A stretch of DNA of 64,000 bases from a virus. Below, one piece after another: positions 1-9,139 of this stretch. The stretch spans positions 3,074 to 67,073 of IMG/VR virus record IMGVR_UViG_3300025788_000001. One strand, written 5' to 3'. The position numbers were made by a program, and so were the translations under genes. The notes under the pieces were generated by a model. It was not told the DNA's origin. It searched no databases and saw only the letters and a list, made by a program, of their open reading frames with translations. Position 1 is the first letter of the stretch, and every line of letters starts with the position of its first letter.

Positions 1-3000
1 CGCTTAGAGTCGCAAAAAGCCCCAGTTAAAGACCGTGAAGGTTTGGTAAAAGAAAAAGATAAATTGATGTCGCAAATTAAAGCGACAGATCAAGTACTTA
101 ACGCTCGCCGTATTGGTATGATTGTTGGCCAAGCACAAGAAGAGCAAGGTTCCAAACGCTATAAAGCCTCTAAGACCGAAAAGAAAATGGTTAAAGAAGG
201 TAAGCTTGAAGAAAAAGGTGTTACGCCCCTTGCTTATGAAATGGTATTACAGGCGTATAACGAGAACGCAAAGACTGCAGCCCCAAAAGTTGAATTTAAT
301 AATAAGATCCATACACTTGCTACTGTTGAGCTGCGTCTTGACCGGGGCACTAATTTAACGGCGCAACGCCGGAAACAATTAGAAAAACTAAAAAATAAAC
401 TTCGTAAAGAACTGGGAAATTTAGCTGATGCCGCTGAAGGAGAACAAGTAAGCGCTGAAGACGAAGCAAAAGAACTTGGTGTTGATCCGGAAGCATATAA
501 ACGTTTGCTTCGCGCTATGGATATTGGGTTTAAACCACGAGTTGGTGAAGGAAGATCTTCCGGCATTCAGATGTTGCGCTCTGCAGCTCAGGCTGTAGTT
601 GATAAGCTCAAGATACCAAAAGGTTTAAACGTAACTGTTATTCAAGACCTTTCTTCAACAATGAAACAGTATATTCGCGAGCGTGGATATAACCCCGATT
701 TAACTAAAGGTTTCGTTACTGAAAATGGCGATGTAGTTATCGTAGCTGCTAATCACAAAACAACTAACGAAATTGCTGAAACTTTAGCACACGAAATTAC
801 AGGGCACTTAGGAGTCGAAGCTATTCTTGGTAAAGAAGGAATGACCGCTTTAGTTAAAAAAATCACCACCCAAAAAGGCGGTGTAATGGCGTTAGCTGAT
901 AAATTAGGTGTTGGTGATGACGCCCATGCAGCATACACGGCTGCTTTAGATTCTGGTCAAACAAAAGACGAGGCTTTAGAAGCTGCTGTGCATGAAATGA
1001 TCGCGCATACAGCGGAAAAACACCCAAGCAAAGATTGGGTTGGTAAGGCTAATGAATGGATTAAAGCTTTAGTTGGTGAATTTAGAGCCGCTTTACGGCG
1101 CATGGGAATCAAGCTAGATACAAATACATCTGATGTATACAAACTGCTTCGTGAAGCCCGCCGTGATTTTAAAGAAGTAAATCCAGGCGCTTATAAAGAA
1201 GCTAATGGCAATATCCAATTTAGCAGCAAGCCAAGCTATAACAGTAAGTTTGCAGACTTAGGCGGTGACGTTAGCAAGATTGTTCACGCTAATAAGACTG
1301 CTACCGATAAGGTTAAATCTGTAGCTGCGGGCTTTAAAACGCCCAGCAATATAATTAAAACCGGGGGTATATTGTCCCCTGAAAACCTCTTAGCATTACG
1401 GACTCGTTACATTGATAGGTTTGCCCCAATAGAAAGAGTAGCTGAGCAGTTAACTGCAAAACTTAAGAGCTCCCTTGAAGGCACACAGTTAATGTACTAC
1501 CTGCGTATGTTTGATCAAGGAATTAACTGGGTTGCTCAAACCGCTGCGCATGGCCCAATGAGTATCATTGAAAAGAAACGCAAAGACGGAAAAGTAGAGC
1601 GCATAGTCGAGACCAAAGAGGGTGCAAGCCTTCTCAAAGTATCTCAGGCCCTTAAAGAAGCCGATGTAGGTGACGCTAATGCGGCAAACCAGCTATTTAC
1701 ATTCTACTTAGCAGCTAAACGTGCGGCAAATAAAGGTTTAGATACGCTTAATTTTGGCCCAGAAGTTACTCAAGACATGCTTGATAAGGTGATGGACCGC
1801 ATTAATTCTGACGCTAAAACCAAAACAGCGTTTGAAAAAGCGGCTGGTATCTATAATGAATACAATCGTGGTCTTGTGGAGTTTGGTGTTCAAACTGGTC
1901 GATTCTCCAAGGAAGAAGCTGCAAAACTTTTAAAAGAAAATGACTACGTTCCGTTCTACAGAATCGATAAGAACGGCGACATTGCTTTGGACATTGGCGG
2001 AGCTACCCCAATCCATATCGGTAATATTAAAAACCAGCCTTATTTACACGAATTAGCTGGCGATAATAAGCCTATTCTAGATGTCTTTACTAGTGCCCTG
2101 CAAAATACACGTATGCTAACCGATATGTCTTTGCGTAACTTGGCTACTAGAAACGTGGCATTTAGCTTGCAGGAGCTGGGGCTACTTAAAGTTAAAAAAT
2201 CTCGTGCCGGTAAAGAGTTTGGTTCAGGAATTTATCCTGGCAAAATGGAAGCTGGGCCGGACGTTATTCATTTTAAAATTGATGGCGTAGACCATCATGC
2301 TGTTGTTGATACTGAGTCGATTGGTATTCCAGCAGAGTTGCTGGTTAAAGGAATGGATGGGGTACAAACTTCTATCCCCAACTTGGTTAAGGTCGCCGGT
2401 TACCCTGCTAGGTTACTGCGTTCATTTATTACCCGTAACCCAGCTTATGCTGTACGCCAGATTGCGCGCGATTCATTATCCAACGCTTTTGTAACAGGAG
2501 CTAATTCAGTTCCTATCATAGACAACTTGAAAGAGTTAGGTTCTATGCTAAAGGGCGTAAACGAAGGTGAATTATTACTTAGAAGCCGTGGTATTTTAGG
2601 TGGTCAAGTTCTTGGTAATGCTTCTGATGCCATGCAAAAAGCTATGCTGCAAATCATTGATGGCAAGCCGGGCTGGGAAAAAGCTATGGCTTATCTAGAC
2701 CACGTAGCTATGATGGGCGATGCATCCTCCCGTATAACTTCTTACAACAGTTTTATTAAGCAAGGGCTGTCCGATATGGAAGCTACCTTAGCTGCTCTTG
2801 AGGCAATGAACTTTAGTAAGAAGGGCACTTCGCCTAGCTTGTATTTGCTCAACCAAATGGTTCCATTCTTAAACGCGCAGATTCAAGGTATGGATGTTCT
2901 TTACAAAGCATTTGCTGGCAAGATGCCGTTTGCTGACAAGCTAGATATTAAGAAAAAGATTTGGCAACGAGGCGCTATGATGGCTGCATTTACTATGGCA

Positions 3001-3879
3001 TATACAGCTATGTCTTACGATGATGACGACTATAAAAACGCTACGGCATCTGAACGTATTGGTAACTGGTTTATTAAAGTTCCGGGAATTGACGAAAAAG
3101 TTAAAGTACCTATTCCATTTGAAGTCGGTGGTATTTTTAAAATGCTTCCTGAAATGCTCTACTCAACTATGTTTAGAGACAAGAAGCTGGGTGAAGCGGC
3201 CTCAGAAACATCTAAGTATGTTGTGGATAATTTCTTACCTTCGTTTACACCGACAGCCATTAAGCCAGTTATTGAGCTTGGGTCTAACTACTCATTCTTT
3301 ACAGGCAAACCGATTGAAAGCCAGCGTCTAATGGAGCTAGCTCCGGGGCAACGTTCGTATGCAAACACACCGGAAGCATTAAAGCTACTTGGGGAAGCTA
3401 CAAATATATCTCCAGTTAAGGTGGAGTACATGCTGCGCGCATACACAGGTTCGTTACCACTAGCTGTTTTATCTTTAGCTAACCCAGTCGGCGGTGCGGA
3501 AAGGCCTGAAGGGCGCGGCGCTTTAAGTAGTACAAGCCCTGTTATCGGCGCTTTCTTCCAGCCTAAAGATGCAAATGGTCTAGTTGATAAAGCGTACCAG
3601 CAAATGCAGGACGTAATCCAAGCGGACCGCACATATAAAAACTATATTGATAGCGGTAGAGATGAAGAAGCGGAAGCATACATAACCAAAGAAGCTGATT
3701 TAATTGGTATGGCTAGCTTCTCTGGAGACTTTAGGCATAAAATGGGTACGCTAGCTAAACAAGAACGTGCTATTAGATCGATGACTGGCATTAGTGGGGC
3801 TGAAAAACGTGCCGCTTTGGACGAAATTAAAGACGCTAAAATCGAGCTCTCTAAAGCATTCCTCAGCGCACGCGAGTAA
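1..3879 (+). CDS. Large internal virion/ejection (polyvalent-type) protein, 5'-truncated; zincin-like motif and LPD38-like C-terminal region
   Basis: Frame is open from base 1. HEITGH...HE zincin-like motif. C-terminal NFSKKG..FLNAQIQG..IPFEVG..NYSFFTGKPI pattern resembles LPD38. Confidence 0.7.
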   Translation, partial: RLESQKAPVKDREGLVKEKDKLMSQIKATDQVLNARRIGMIVGQAQEEQGSKRYKASKTEKKMVKEGKLEEKGVTPLAYEMVLQAYNENAKTAAPKVEFNNKIHTLATVELRLDRGTNLTAQRRKQLEKLKNKLRKELGNLADAAEGEQVSAEDEAKELGVDPEAYKRLLRAMDIGFKPRVGEGRSSGIQMLRSAAQAVVDKLKIPKGLNVTVIQDLSSTMKQYIRERGYNPDLTKGFVTENGDVVIVAANHKTTNEIAETLAHEITGHLGVEAILGKEGMTALVKKITTQKGGVMALADKLGVGDDAHAAYTAALDSGQTKDEALEAAVHEMIAHTAEKHPSKDWVGKANEWIKALVGEFRAALRRMGIKLDTNTSDVYKLLREARRDFKEVNPGAYKEANGNIQFSSKPSYNSKFADLGGDVSKIVHANKTATDKVKSVAAGFKTPSNIIKTGGILSPENLLALRTRYIDRFAPIERVAEQLTAKLKSSLEGTQLMYYLRMFDQGINWVAQTAAHGPMSIIEKKRKDGKVERIVETKEGASLLKVSQALKEADVGDANAANQLFTFYLAAKRAANKGLDTLNFGPEVTQDMLDKVMDRINSDAKTKTAFEKAAGIYNEYNRGLVEFGVQTGRFSKEEAAKLLKENDYVPFYRIDKNGDIALDIGGATPIHIGNIKNQPYLHELAGDNKPILDVFTSALQNTRMLTDMSLRNLATRNVAFSLQELGLLKVKKSRAGKEFGSGIYPGKMEAGPDVIHFKIDGVDHHAVVDTESIGIPAELLVKGMDGVQTSIPNLVKVAGYPARLLRSFITRNPAYAVRQIARDSLSNAFVTGANSVPIIDNLKELGSMLKGVNEGELLLRSRGILGGQVLGNASDAMQKAMLQIIDGKPGWEKAMAYLDHVAMMGDASSRITSYNSFIKQGLSDMEATLAALEAMNFSKKGTSPSLYLLNQMVPFLNAQIQGMDVLYKAFAGKMPFADKLDIKKKIWQRGAMMAAFTMAYTAMSYDDDDYKNATASERIGNWFIKVPGIDEKVKVPIPFEVGGIFKMLPEMLYSTMFRDKKLGEAASETSKYVVDNFLPSFTPTAIKPVIELGSNYSFFTGKPIESQRLMELAPGQRSYANTPEALKLLGEATNISPVKVEYMLRAYTGSLPLAVLSLANPVGGAERPEGRGALSSTSPVIGAFFQPKDANGLVDKAYQQMQDVIQADRTYKNYIDSGRDEEAEAYITKEADLIGMASFSGDFRHKMGTLAKQERAIRSMTGISGAEKRAALDEIKDAKIELSKAFLSARE

Positions 3880-4054
3880 ACCACACCCCCATCTTGCCAT
3901 TCTTGCGCCCTATCTCTGCCTTGGCTTGTACTCGGTGGTAAAGGGCGGCTTTTAAACCGTTAACCCTTACCTCCTCAAACTTTAATGTAGGAACAAAGAA
4001 GCCCCCTTGTGCGGGGACTTCTAACCACGGAAAATGCACTTTAATCTTCCTCAC
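3863..4054 (-). CDS. Hypothetical protein
   Basis: 63-aa ORF coupled to the primase-helicase; its stop overlaps the convergent gene. Confidence 0.6.
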   Translation of the reverse strand: MRKIKVHFPWLEVPAQGGFFVPTLKFEEVRVNGLKAALYHRVQAKAEIGRKNGKMGVWFTRVR

Positions 4055-6899
4055 TTATCACCAGCGGCCGTGTAATTCTCATTACATTGACTCGCATCGA
4101 TGGGCCGCGTGTCTTAGCCAGCATGTCTTTGCGCATGTACGCTATCTTGTAATTAGGTAGTGTTTCAAGCTCCTTCTTCAAGTCAGAGTATCCATAACTC
4201 ATAGTAGAGCAGTGTTGTTTAAGCAGTTGCTCCTCAATGAAGTAGTCAACGTGCCCCGGGGTCATATCATGCTCAACCCTTCCAGCCACATCTGACCTAG
4301 TTAGCGACTGGTCAATTTCATTATGCCCCCCTAGCGTTGCTTTCGTAATACCGTCAATAGCTTTAACCACAACGAATTTACCGTAGCACTCACGGGTGTA
4401 GGCGTTAAGAACATCTTCAGCGGAACGGCGGTTGCCTCGTACTGCGGCTCTAGCTTCATTAACCATACCGCGAAGGGTTTCTATAATAGGACGAATAGGT
4501 ACATCAATAATGCCTGCATATTTTTTGCTCATTAGAATCACTATAGCTACGATGGCGGCATTACCAGCAGTCCAATAACGCTCGTCATCTGATGAATTAA
4601 ATTCCGCTTTTAACTTCTCGCGGGTCTCTTCAAAAACCTTAACTGCGGTTTCTCTGTTCCTGACAATCCAACGAATCAATTCACGACCTACGACACCGTA
4701 GTTAGACTTTAGGAGATCAACAGTACTACTCTCTGTTGACGACGCCCATTGAACTTCCTTGGCAGGCTTGACTTCCAGCATACGGAGCATTTCAGCTTGG
4801 GATGTATGCTTGCGCCCACCCGATAAGAAGTCGTAAATATGAGTGTTGCTTGAAAACAACACCATCAAGTTCCATACAGTTGTGTTCAAACGTTCCTTAT
4901 TGGCGCCTTGTTCCATGCGCTCTTTGCCTTTACCTTGGGTTAAATCCAGTAGGAACTGGGGCAACCACTCAAATGACTCCCGATTTTTGTTTGTAATCTC
5001 GTCCATTACAAGCGGGAGGCTGTTTAATAAGCCCTGTCTTTGCTGTGCGGCTACGGCTGAAGTTGATTGCGTGACCCTGTAGAGCTCTGGATGACCCCAA
5101 AAACTAGCTGCAAGGGCTAAGGCAAGCGATTTACCACGACCTGAACCCGAAGATCCGAGGTGATAAACAACGCCTCTAAAGCCTGAGAAATGCATCAGGA
5201 TGGAAGCAGGCCCCACCATACCCATAGTAACAATCTCCCACAGCTCCTTGGCAATGTACATATTGAGTACTTTCTTCCACTCATCCAGCGTGCCCATAGG
5301 TTTAGTAGCGTAGTTAACGTTAGCCATACCAGGGGTCGGGACATATAGTTCCTTGCCATCAGGGGAGAAGATGGTGCTGTCGTAAACAAACGAATTGTCC
5401 TCTTGCCAGCCGCAGCTATGAGGAACCTTGACCGCCACCTTATTAGAACTGGCGTATTCCACACAACCACGGATGTACTCGTATAGGTGGACATCATTGC
5501 CCTTGCCGTAGACTGCGATTATATTGTGGCTAGCTAGCATCTTCACAGTCTCATCCTTACTTACTGCCGATTTTTGAGGCATTATGATATCTGAGGTGTG
5601 GGTAGGGCGGCAAACAATCATATGAATCAAATGCTCATCGCCATTATCTAGGATATCAACCACAAACAAATCGTAAGGCAGGATCATTACCTGCTTCTTG
5701 ACCTTTTCTCCGCCTTCTTCTTCAATTACCTTGTCGATAAAGATGCCCCCATTAGCCCCATAGCTAAATCCGCGGGGTGGAATTGGGCGCACAATCATTA
5801 ACTGCTCGGCAGGTTTGTCTGCTGTAGCCGCCTTGGTTTCTACTATGATTTCCTTGGGCTTATTGTCGACCTTAATTTCACGTCCCAATGCTAGCGGGTT
5901 AGTAATCTTACCGAAGTGTGGGCAACCTTTACATAAACCTGGGTTTGCCTCGTCAAGCTTTAAGCAACTGTAAGGGCCTTTGATTTGGTGCCACTTGGTA
6001 TTGTGTCGATCCATATCGTAGGGGTGCATGGCGGATAGGGCTTGACCTTCTTCCTCGCCATCTTCGCAGTACTTAGCTATGCTGAGGATACCCCGCCACA
6101 AAGGTTCCATGCCGTCATCTTTAGCATGTTCAATGTAATGGTTTATCTGTTTGCATTTGGGCGCCAAAGTTTTAAAGAACGTGATGCTGTTCTCAACTAT
6201 CTTGACGTTTGATGCAGAACCTTTTAAATCTGGACGCTTGCCTGGTAAATCAAATTTAGGTAGCATTTCATGGGAGTCTTCCCCTACTTTTTCCCTGATG
6301 ACCGTAGACAGTTGTGTAAAGTCAAACGTTACACCGACCACCTTGATGGCAACAGACCGCGGCTTTTCCTGCTTATAGTTTTGTGTATCAGGTACACGTA
6401 GTACTCGAGCTGCATCGCCAGTAACCATGGCGTCAATCCGCAGGCCTTCTTTCTTACAAAGGCGCTTGAGATTTTCTGCTACTGGTTTCCATGCGGATAT
6501 ATCTACTTCGTCAAAAAACGGCCAGTATACGTGCAATCCGCCACCACTAGATACGACGTATGGGGTGCCCAACTGGTCTAACGAAGTTGAAGACAAAAAG
6601 CTACCCAATGCTGCTGCTGCTGCCTGCTTATTAGGATAATCCTTTCCTTCACCACAATCAATATCCAAGAATAAAGATTTTATTTTTAATGCGTTTGTGG
6701 CTAATCGCTTGCCACTTGTGTTGAATGATGCTAAGGCGTAGAAAGCGTTTAAACCTTCTCCACTAAAGTGTGTAGCGTTGCTATACAGTTCATCAATCGT
6801 GTCAACAAAGACATGTTCTTTTTTAGCTGTGCTAAGTTCGCAGGCGCAATATTTACCCGAAGACGGAAGCACAGTCGCTAGGAATTCCTGCGACTTCAT
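4041..6899 (-). CDS. Primase-helicase (AEP-like N-terminus, DUF927-like region, P-loop helicase)
   Basis: LDIDCG and SSGGGLHVYW primase motifs, Cys cluster (C..CKGC), Walker A GSSGSGRGKS, Walker B LVMDE. Confidence 0.85.
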   Translation of the reverse strand: MKSQEFLATVLPSSGKYCACELSTAKKEHVFVDTIDELYSNATHFSGEGLNAFYALASFNTSGKRLATNALKIKSLFLDIDCGEGKDYPNKQAAAAALGSFLSSTSLDQLGTPYVVSSGGGLHVYWPFFDEVDISAWKPVAENLKRLCKKEGLRIDAMVTGDAARVLRVPDTQNYKQEKPRSVAIKVVGVTFDFTQLSTVIREKVGEDSHEMLPKFDLPGKRPDLKGSASNVKIVENSITFFKTLAPKCKQINHYIEHAKDDGMEPLWRGILSIAKYCEDGEEEGQALSAMHPYDMDRHNTKWHQIKGPYSCLKLDEANPGLCKGCPHFGKITNPLALGREIKVDNKPKEIIVETKAATADKPAEQLMIVRPIPPRGFSYGANGGIFIDKVIEEEGGEKVKKQVMILPYDLFVVDILDNGDEHLIHMIVCRPTHTSDIIMPQKSAVSKDETVKMLASHNIIAVYGKGNDVHLYEYIRGCVEYASSNKVAVKVPHSCGWQEDNSFVYDSTIFSPDGKELYVPTPGMANVNYATKPMGTLDEWKKVLNMYIAKELWEIVTMGMVGPASILMHFSGFRGVVYHLGSSGSGRGKSLALALAASFWGHPELYRVTQSTSAVAAQQRQGLLNSLPLVMDEITNKNRESFEWLPQFLLDLTQGKGKERMEQGANKERLNTTVWNLMVLFSSNTHIYDFLSGGRKHTSQAEMLRMLEVKPAKEVQWASSTESSTVDLLKSNYGVVGRELIRWIVRNRETAVKVFEETREKLKAEFNSSDDERYWTAGNAAIVAIVILMSKKYAGIIDVPIRPIIETLRGMVNEARAAVRGNRRSAEDVLNAYTRECYGKFVVVKAIDGITKATLGGHNEIDQSLTRSDVAGRVEHDMTPGHVDYFIEEQLLKQHCSTMSYGYSDLKKELETLPNYKIAYMRKDMLAKTRGPSMRVNVMRITRPLVISEED

Positions 6900-6913
6900 A
6901 AATGCTCCTTGGG

Positions 6914-7069
6914 TTAACCGTTAATGCGTTGATTGAATCTTTTTAGTACTTCCTTTTGAAAACTTAACGGCATGCCAGTATCAAGGTAGCGTTCTGCAAA
7001 GCTAATTAGTTCTTTGTCGGTTAAGGCAGTTGGCGATATTGCCGATTCTTTTATTTGTTCTGCTTGCAT
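6914..7069 (-). CDS. Small hypothetical protein (51 aa, not in ORF track)
   Basis: Hand translation MQAEQIKESAISPTALTDKELISFAERYLDTG...; fills the gap in the operon. Confidence 0.55.
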   Translation of the reverse strand: MQAEQIKESAISPTALTDKELISFAERYLDTGMPLSFQKEVLKRFNQRING

Positions 7070-7317
7070 TTTTTCATTGCCTCTTCAACAGTACTGCTTG
7101 TTTGTAATATGCGTAACAGGTTGGTCACGCTCGTTCTGTACGATGGAGTAACTTCGGTTCCAGCGAACCAGTTATAAACCGTCTGTCTTGTTGCGCCTGT
7201 GTATTGCGAAATCTGAATTACAGGTAAATTTAATTTAATAGCCCATCGACCTAACTGATTGCCTAGAGTCTTCTCCGCCTTAGCGGTGGACTGCCTTATT
7301 GTTTCTGAGTAAGCCAT
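7051..7317 (-). CDS. Cro/XRE-like HTH DNA-binding protein
   Basis: VIQISQYTGATRQTVYNWFAG helix-turn-helix. Confidence 0.7.
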   Translation of the reverse strand: MAYSETIRQSTAKAEKTLGNQLGRWAIKLNLPVIQISQYTGATRQTVYNWFAGTEVTPSYRTSVTNLLRILQTSSTVEEAMKKCKQNK

Positions 7318-7338
7318 AGTCTTTTCTTATTTGTAGGG

Positions 7339-7404
7339 TGGGGAGACAGTCTTTTTAGTCTGAAATCTCTAAGAGCCATAGAGCTGAATAGTGTCAGCCT
7401 CCCC
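7339..7404. other. Candidate cloverleaf-like structured element
   Basis: Closing stem GGGGAG/CTCCCC enclosing three short hairpins; intergenic. Confidence 0.35.
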
Positions 7405-7411
7405 GTAAACT

Positions 7412-7561
7412 TTATCCTGAGCAGGTCGTAAAACAGTTGCCAGACCAATCACAGCAAATAGTACAGATTCGTCCTGTTTGCATATCAGTGTTTGTCATAC
7501 ATCCAGCATAAACAGCGGATGCCGCTAAGACCAGCCCAAGGGCTACGATAATTTTACTCAT
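7412..7561 (-). CDS. Secreted six-cysteine miniprotein (49 aa, not in ORF track)
   Basis: MSKIIVALGLVLAASAVYA-GCMTNTDMQTGRICTICCDWSGNCFTTCSG: signal peptide plus 6 Cys; start overlaps the end of the upstream gene. Confidence 0.7.
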   Translation of the reverse strand: MSKIIVALGLVLAASAVYAGCMTNTDMQTGRICTICCDWSGNCFTTCSG

Positions 7562-8441
7562 CGTCTGTATCCCACTCATCAACAACAGAAGCTAAGTCAC
7601 CAGTTTTCTTCTTTGGCACCGCTGATGGTTTAACTGTAGGTTTACGCTTCTCAGGCTCATCAAACGACTCCGCTTCTTCCTTAGGTGCGGCTAATGCTGG
7701 AGCTGCTTTCTTTGTACCTGCACTTTGGGAGACAGACATTGTAACCGCCTGCTTAGCCTCCTTAGACTCGCTCTTTTCCTTAACGCTCTCATACTCTTCC
7801 TCGGACAACCAACGCATAGGCTGGAAGAACAACTTAGGTACTGCGGCTTTAGTATCGAAACGCAACCGAGTAACAACAGTCTCGGGGCTAATGCTCTGCG
7901 CGGCTAAGAATCTTGCGTACGCTTGTAGTGGGCGCTTGTCGCCTTCTTCTTTACCGAAGATTGATGTAGCAGATAGGGTCAACTGCATAACATCGCCAGT
8001 TACGTCGTTAGATAATACAACCGCAAGACGCTGACTGAAACGACATGCGCGAGAATCACCTTGACCGGAGCCTTTGGCATTTTGTGGGCATGACGCGCAG
8101 TTACTAGATTGCGCTTCTTTAGCGGACGCATCGGGTTTTTCACCGTCAGCAGACCAACAATCGGGTGCTTTCGATGCTCCTTCTTCATAGCTACCAGCGT
8201 AATATGTACGGCTGATCTTTGGGGCGGCTTGAACAATCACCACATCAAGATGGCGGTCTTCGATAGCTGCTACCTCATCACTACCTGACATTAAACGAAA
8301 TACACCACCTTTAACGGAGATGCGCTTACCAAAATTACCACTACCACCGCCTGATAGGCTTCTCGCTAATTCAGAAATCTCTACCGTCTTAGCAAATGCT
8401 GGTAGTTGGGCGGGGTTAAATGCTGTGAGTTCTTTACTCAT
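7554..8441 (-). CDS. Putative ssDNA-binding/annealing protein
   Basis: Replication context, Cys cluster (CWS..CASC..C), acidic C-terminal tail DEWDTDDE. Confidence 0.55.
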   Translation of the reverse strand: MSKELTAFNPAQLPAFAKTVEISELARSLSGGGSGNFGKRISVKGGVFRLMSGSDEVAAIEDRHLDVVIVQAAPKISRTYYAGSYEEGASKAPDCWSADGEKPDASAKEAQSSNCASCPQNAKGSGQGDSRACRFSQRLAVVLSNDVTGDVMQLTLSATSIFGKEEGDKRPLQAYARFLAAQSISPETVVTRLRFDTKAAVPKLFFQPMRWLSEEEYESVKEKSESKEAKQAVTMSVSQSAGTKKAAPALAAPKEEAESFDEPEKRKPTVKPSAVPKKKTGDLASVVDEWDTDDE

Positions 8442-8661
8442 TTGTTACTACTCCTGTGCTATTTGGCTTAGCTACTGCTTCGCCTGTTTGTAAAAATTCT
8501 AAAAATGTTGCGGCGGCTTCGGTAACTTCGAAAGCATCACCTTCATACATAGTTTTTGCAGCTGTATCCAAAGCCATTCGACGAAGGTCTAATTCCAGCA
8601 TGATGTTACGTGCCGCGTTCTCTACTGCCTGTTGTTCTGGTGTTAATTGAGCGTCGCTCAT
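8434..8661 (-). CDS. Hypothetical protein
   Basis: AGGAG RBS; overlaps the next gene. Confidence 0.6.
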   Translation of the reverse strand: MSDAQLTPEQQAVENAARNIMLELDLRRMALDTAAKTMYEGDAFEVTEAAATFLEFLQTGEAVAKPNSTGVVTNE

Positions 8662-8671
8662 GTAATTCTCC

Positions 8672-9076
8672 TTATTTAGTTGGTTTGCGTACTGATACTG
8701 ATACTTCGGACATGGAGTTTAAACCCATTGGTACAACGCCAGGGTTTTCATCCAAAAACATCGCCATATTCTTTTGAGCAATTCTCTTTTCAAAAAGATC
8801 AAGCGCATCGTGCTCTATCGCAAACGTCTTAAATGAATCCCAGTCGTCTGTGTAGTAGCGCGTCTTTTGCGACAAGATAATAGTACCTTCATCTGTTCGC
8901 ACAGATTGAAGACCGAGCGCCACCATCTGATCCTTCATGGCGTTCTTAATTTCTTCTTGCTGCAGTTTAAGTTCCTCAAGCTTGGACTCATACTCCGTCG
9001 TAAGCTCATTAGTCCTGCTATATATCTTGCGATATATCTTTGCTAGTTTGTCTAGCGGAATCACTTCGTCTGACAT
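8672..9076 (-). CDS. Hypothetical phage protein (coiled-coil N-terminus)
   Basis: GGAGG RBS; first gene after a predicted promoter. Confidence 0.7.
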   Translation of the reverse strand: MSDEVIPLDKLAKIYRKIYSRTNELTTEYESKLEELKLQQEEIKNAMKDQMVALGLQSVRTDEGTIILSQKTRYYTDDWDSFKTFAIEHDALDLFEKRIAQKNMAMFLDENPGVVPMGLNSMSEVSVSVRKPTK

Positions 9077-9095
9077 ACTTCCTCCTTTGTCAATA

Positions 9096-9124
9096 ATTAT
9101 ACATCAATACAGACAGCTGTACAA
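9096..9124 (-). promoter_or_regulatory. Sigma70-like promoter
   Basis: TTGTAC-17 bp-TATAAT on the minus strand, upstream of 9076. Confidence 0.7.
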
Positions 9125-9139
9125 CCCGATAATGGGTTT

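Noticed and set aside
7339-7404. Canonical tRNA gene
   Set aside because: It lacks the T-loop TTC, D-loop GG and CCA; kept only as a candidate structured element.
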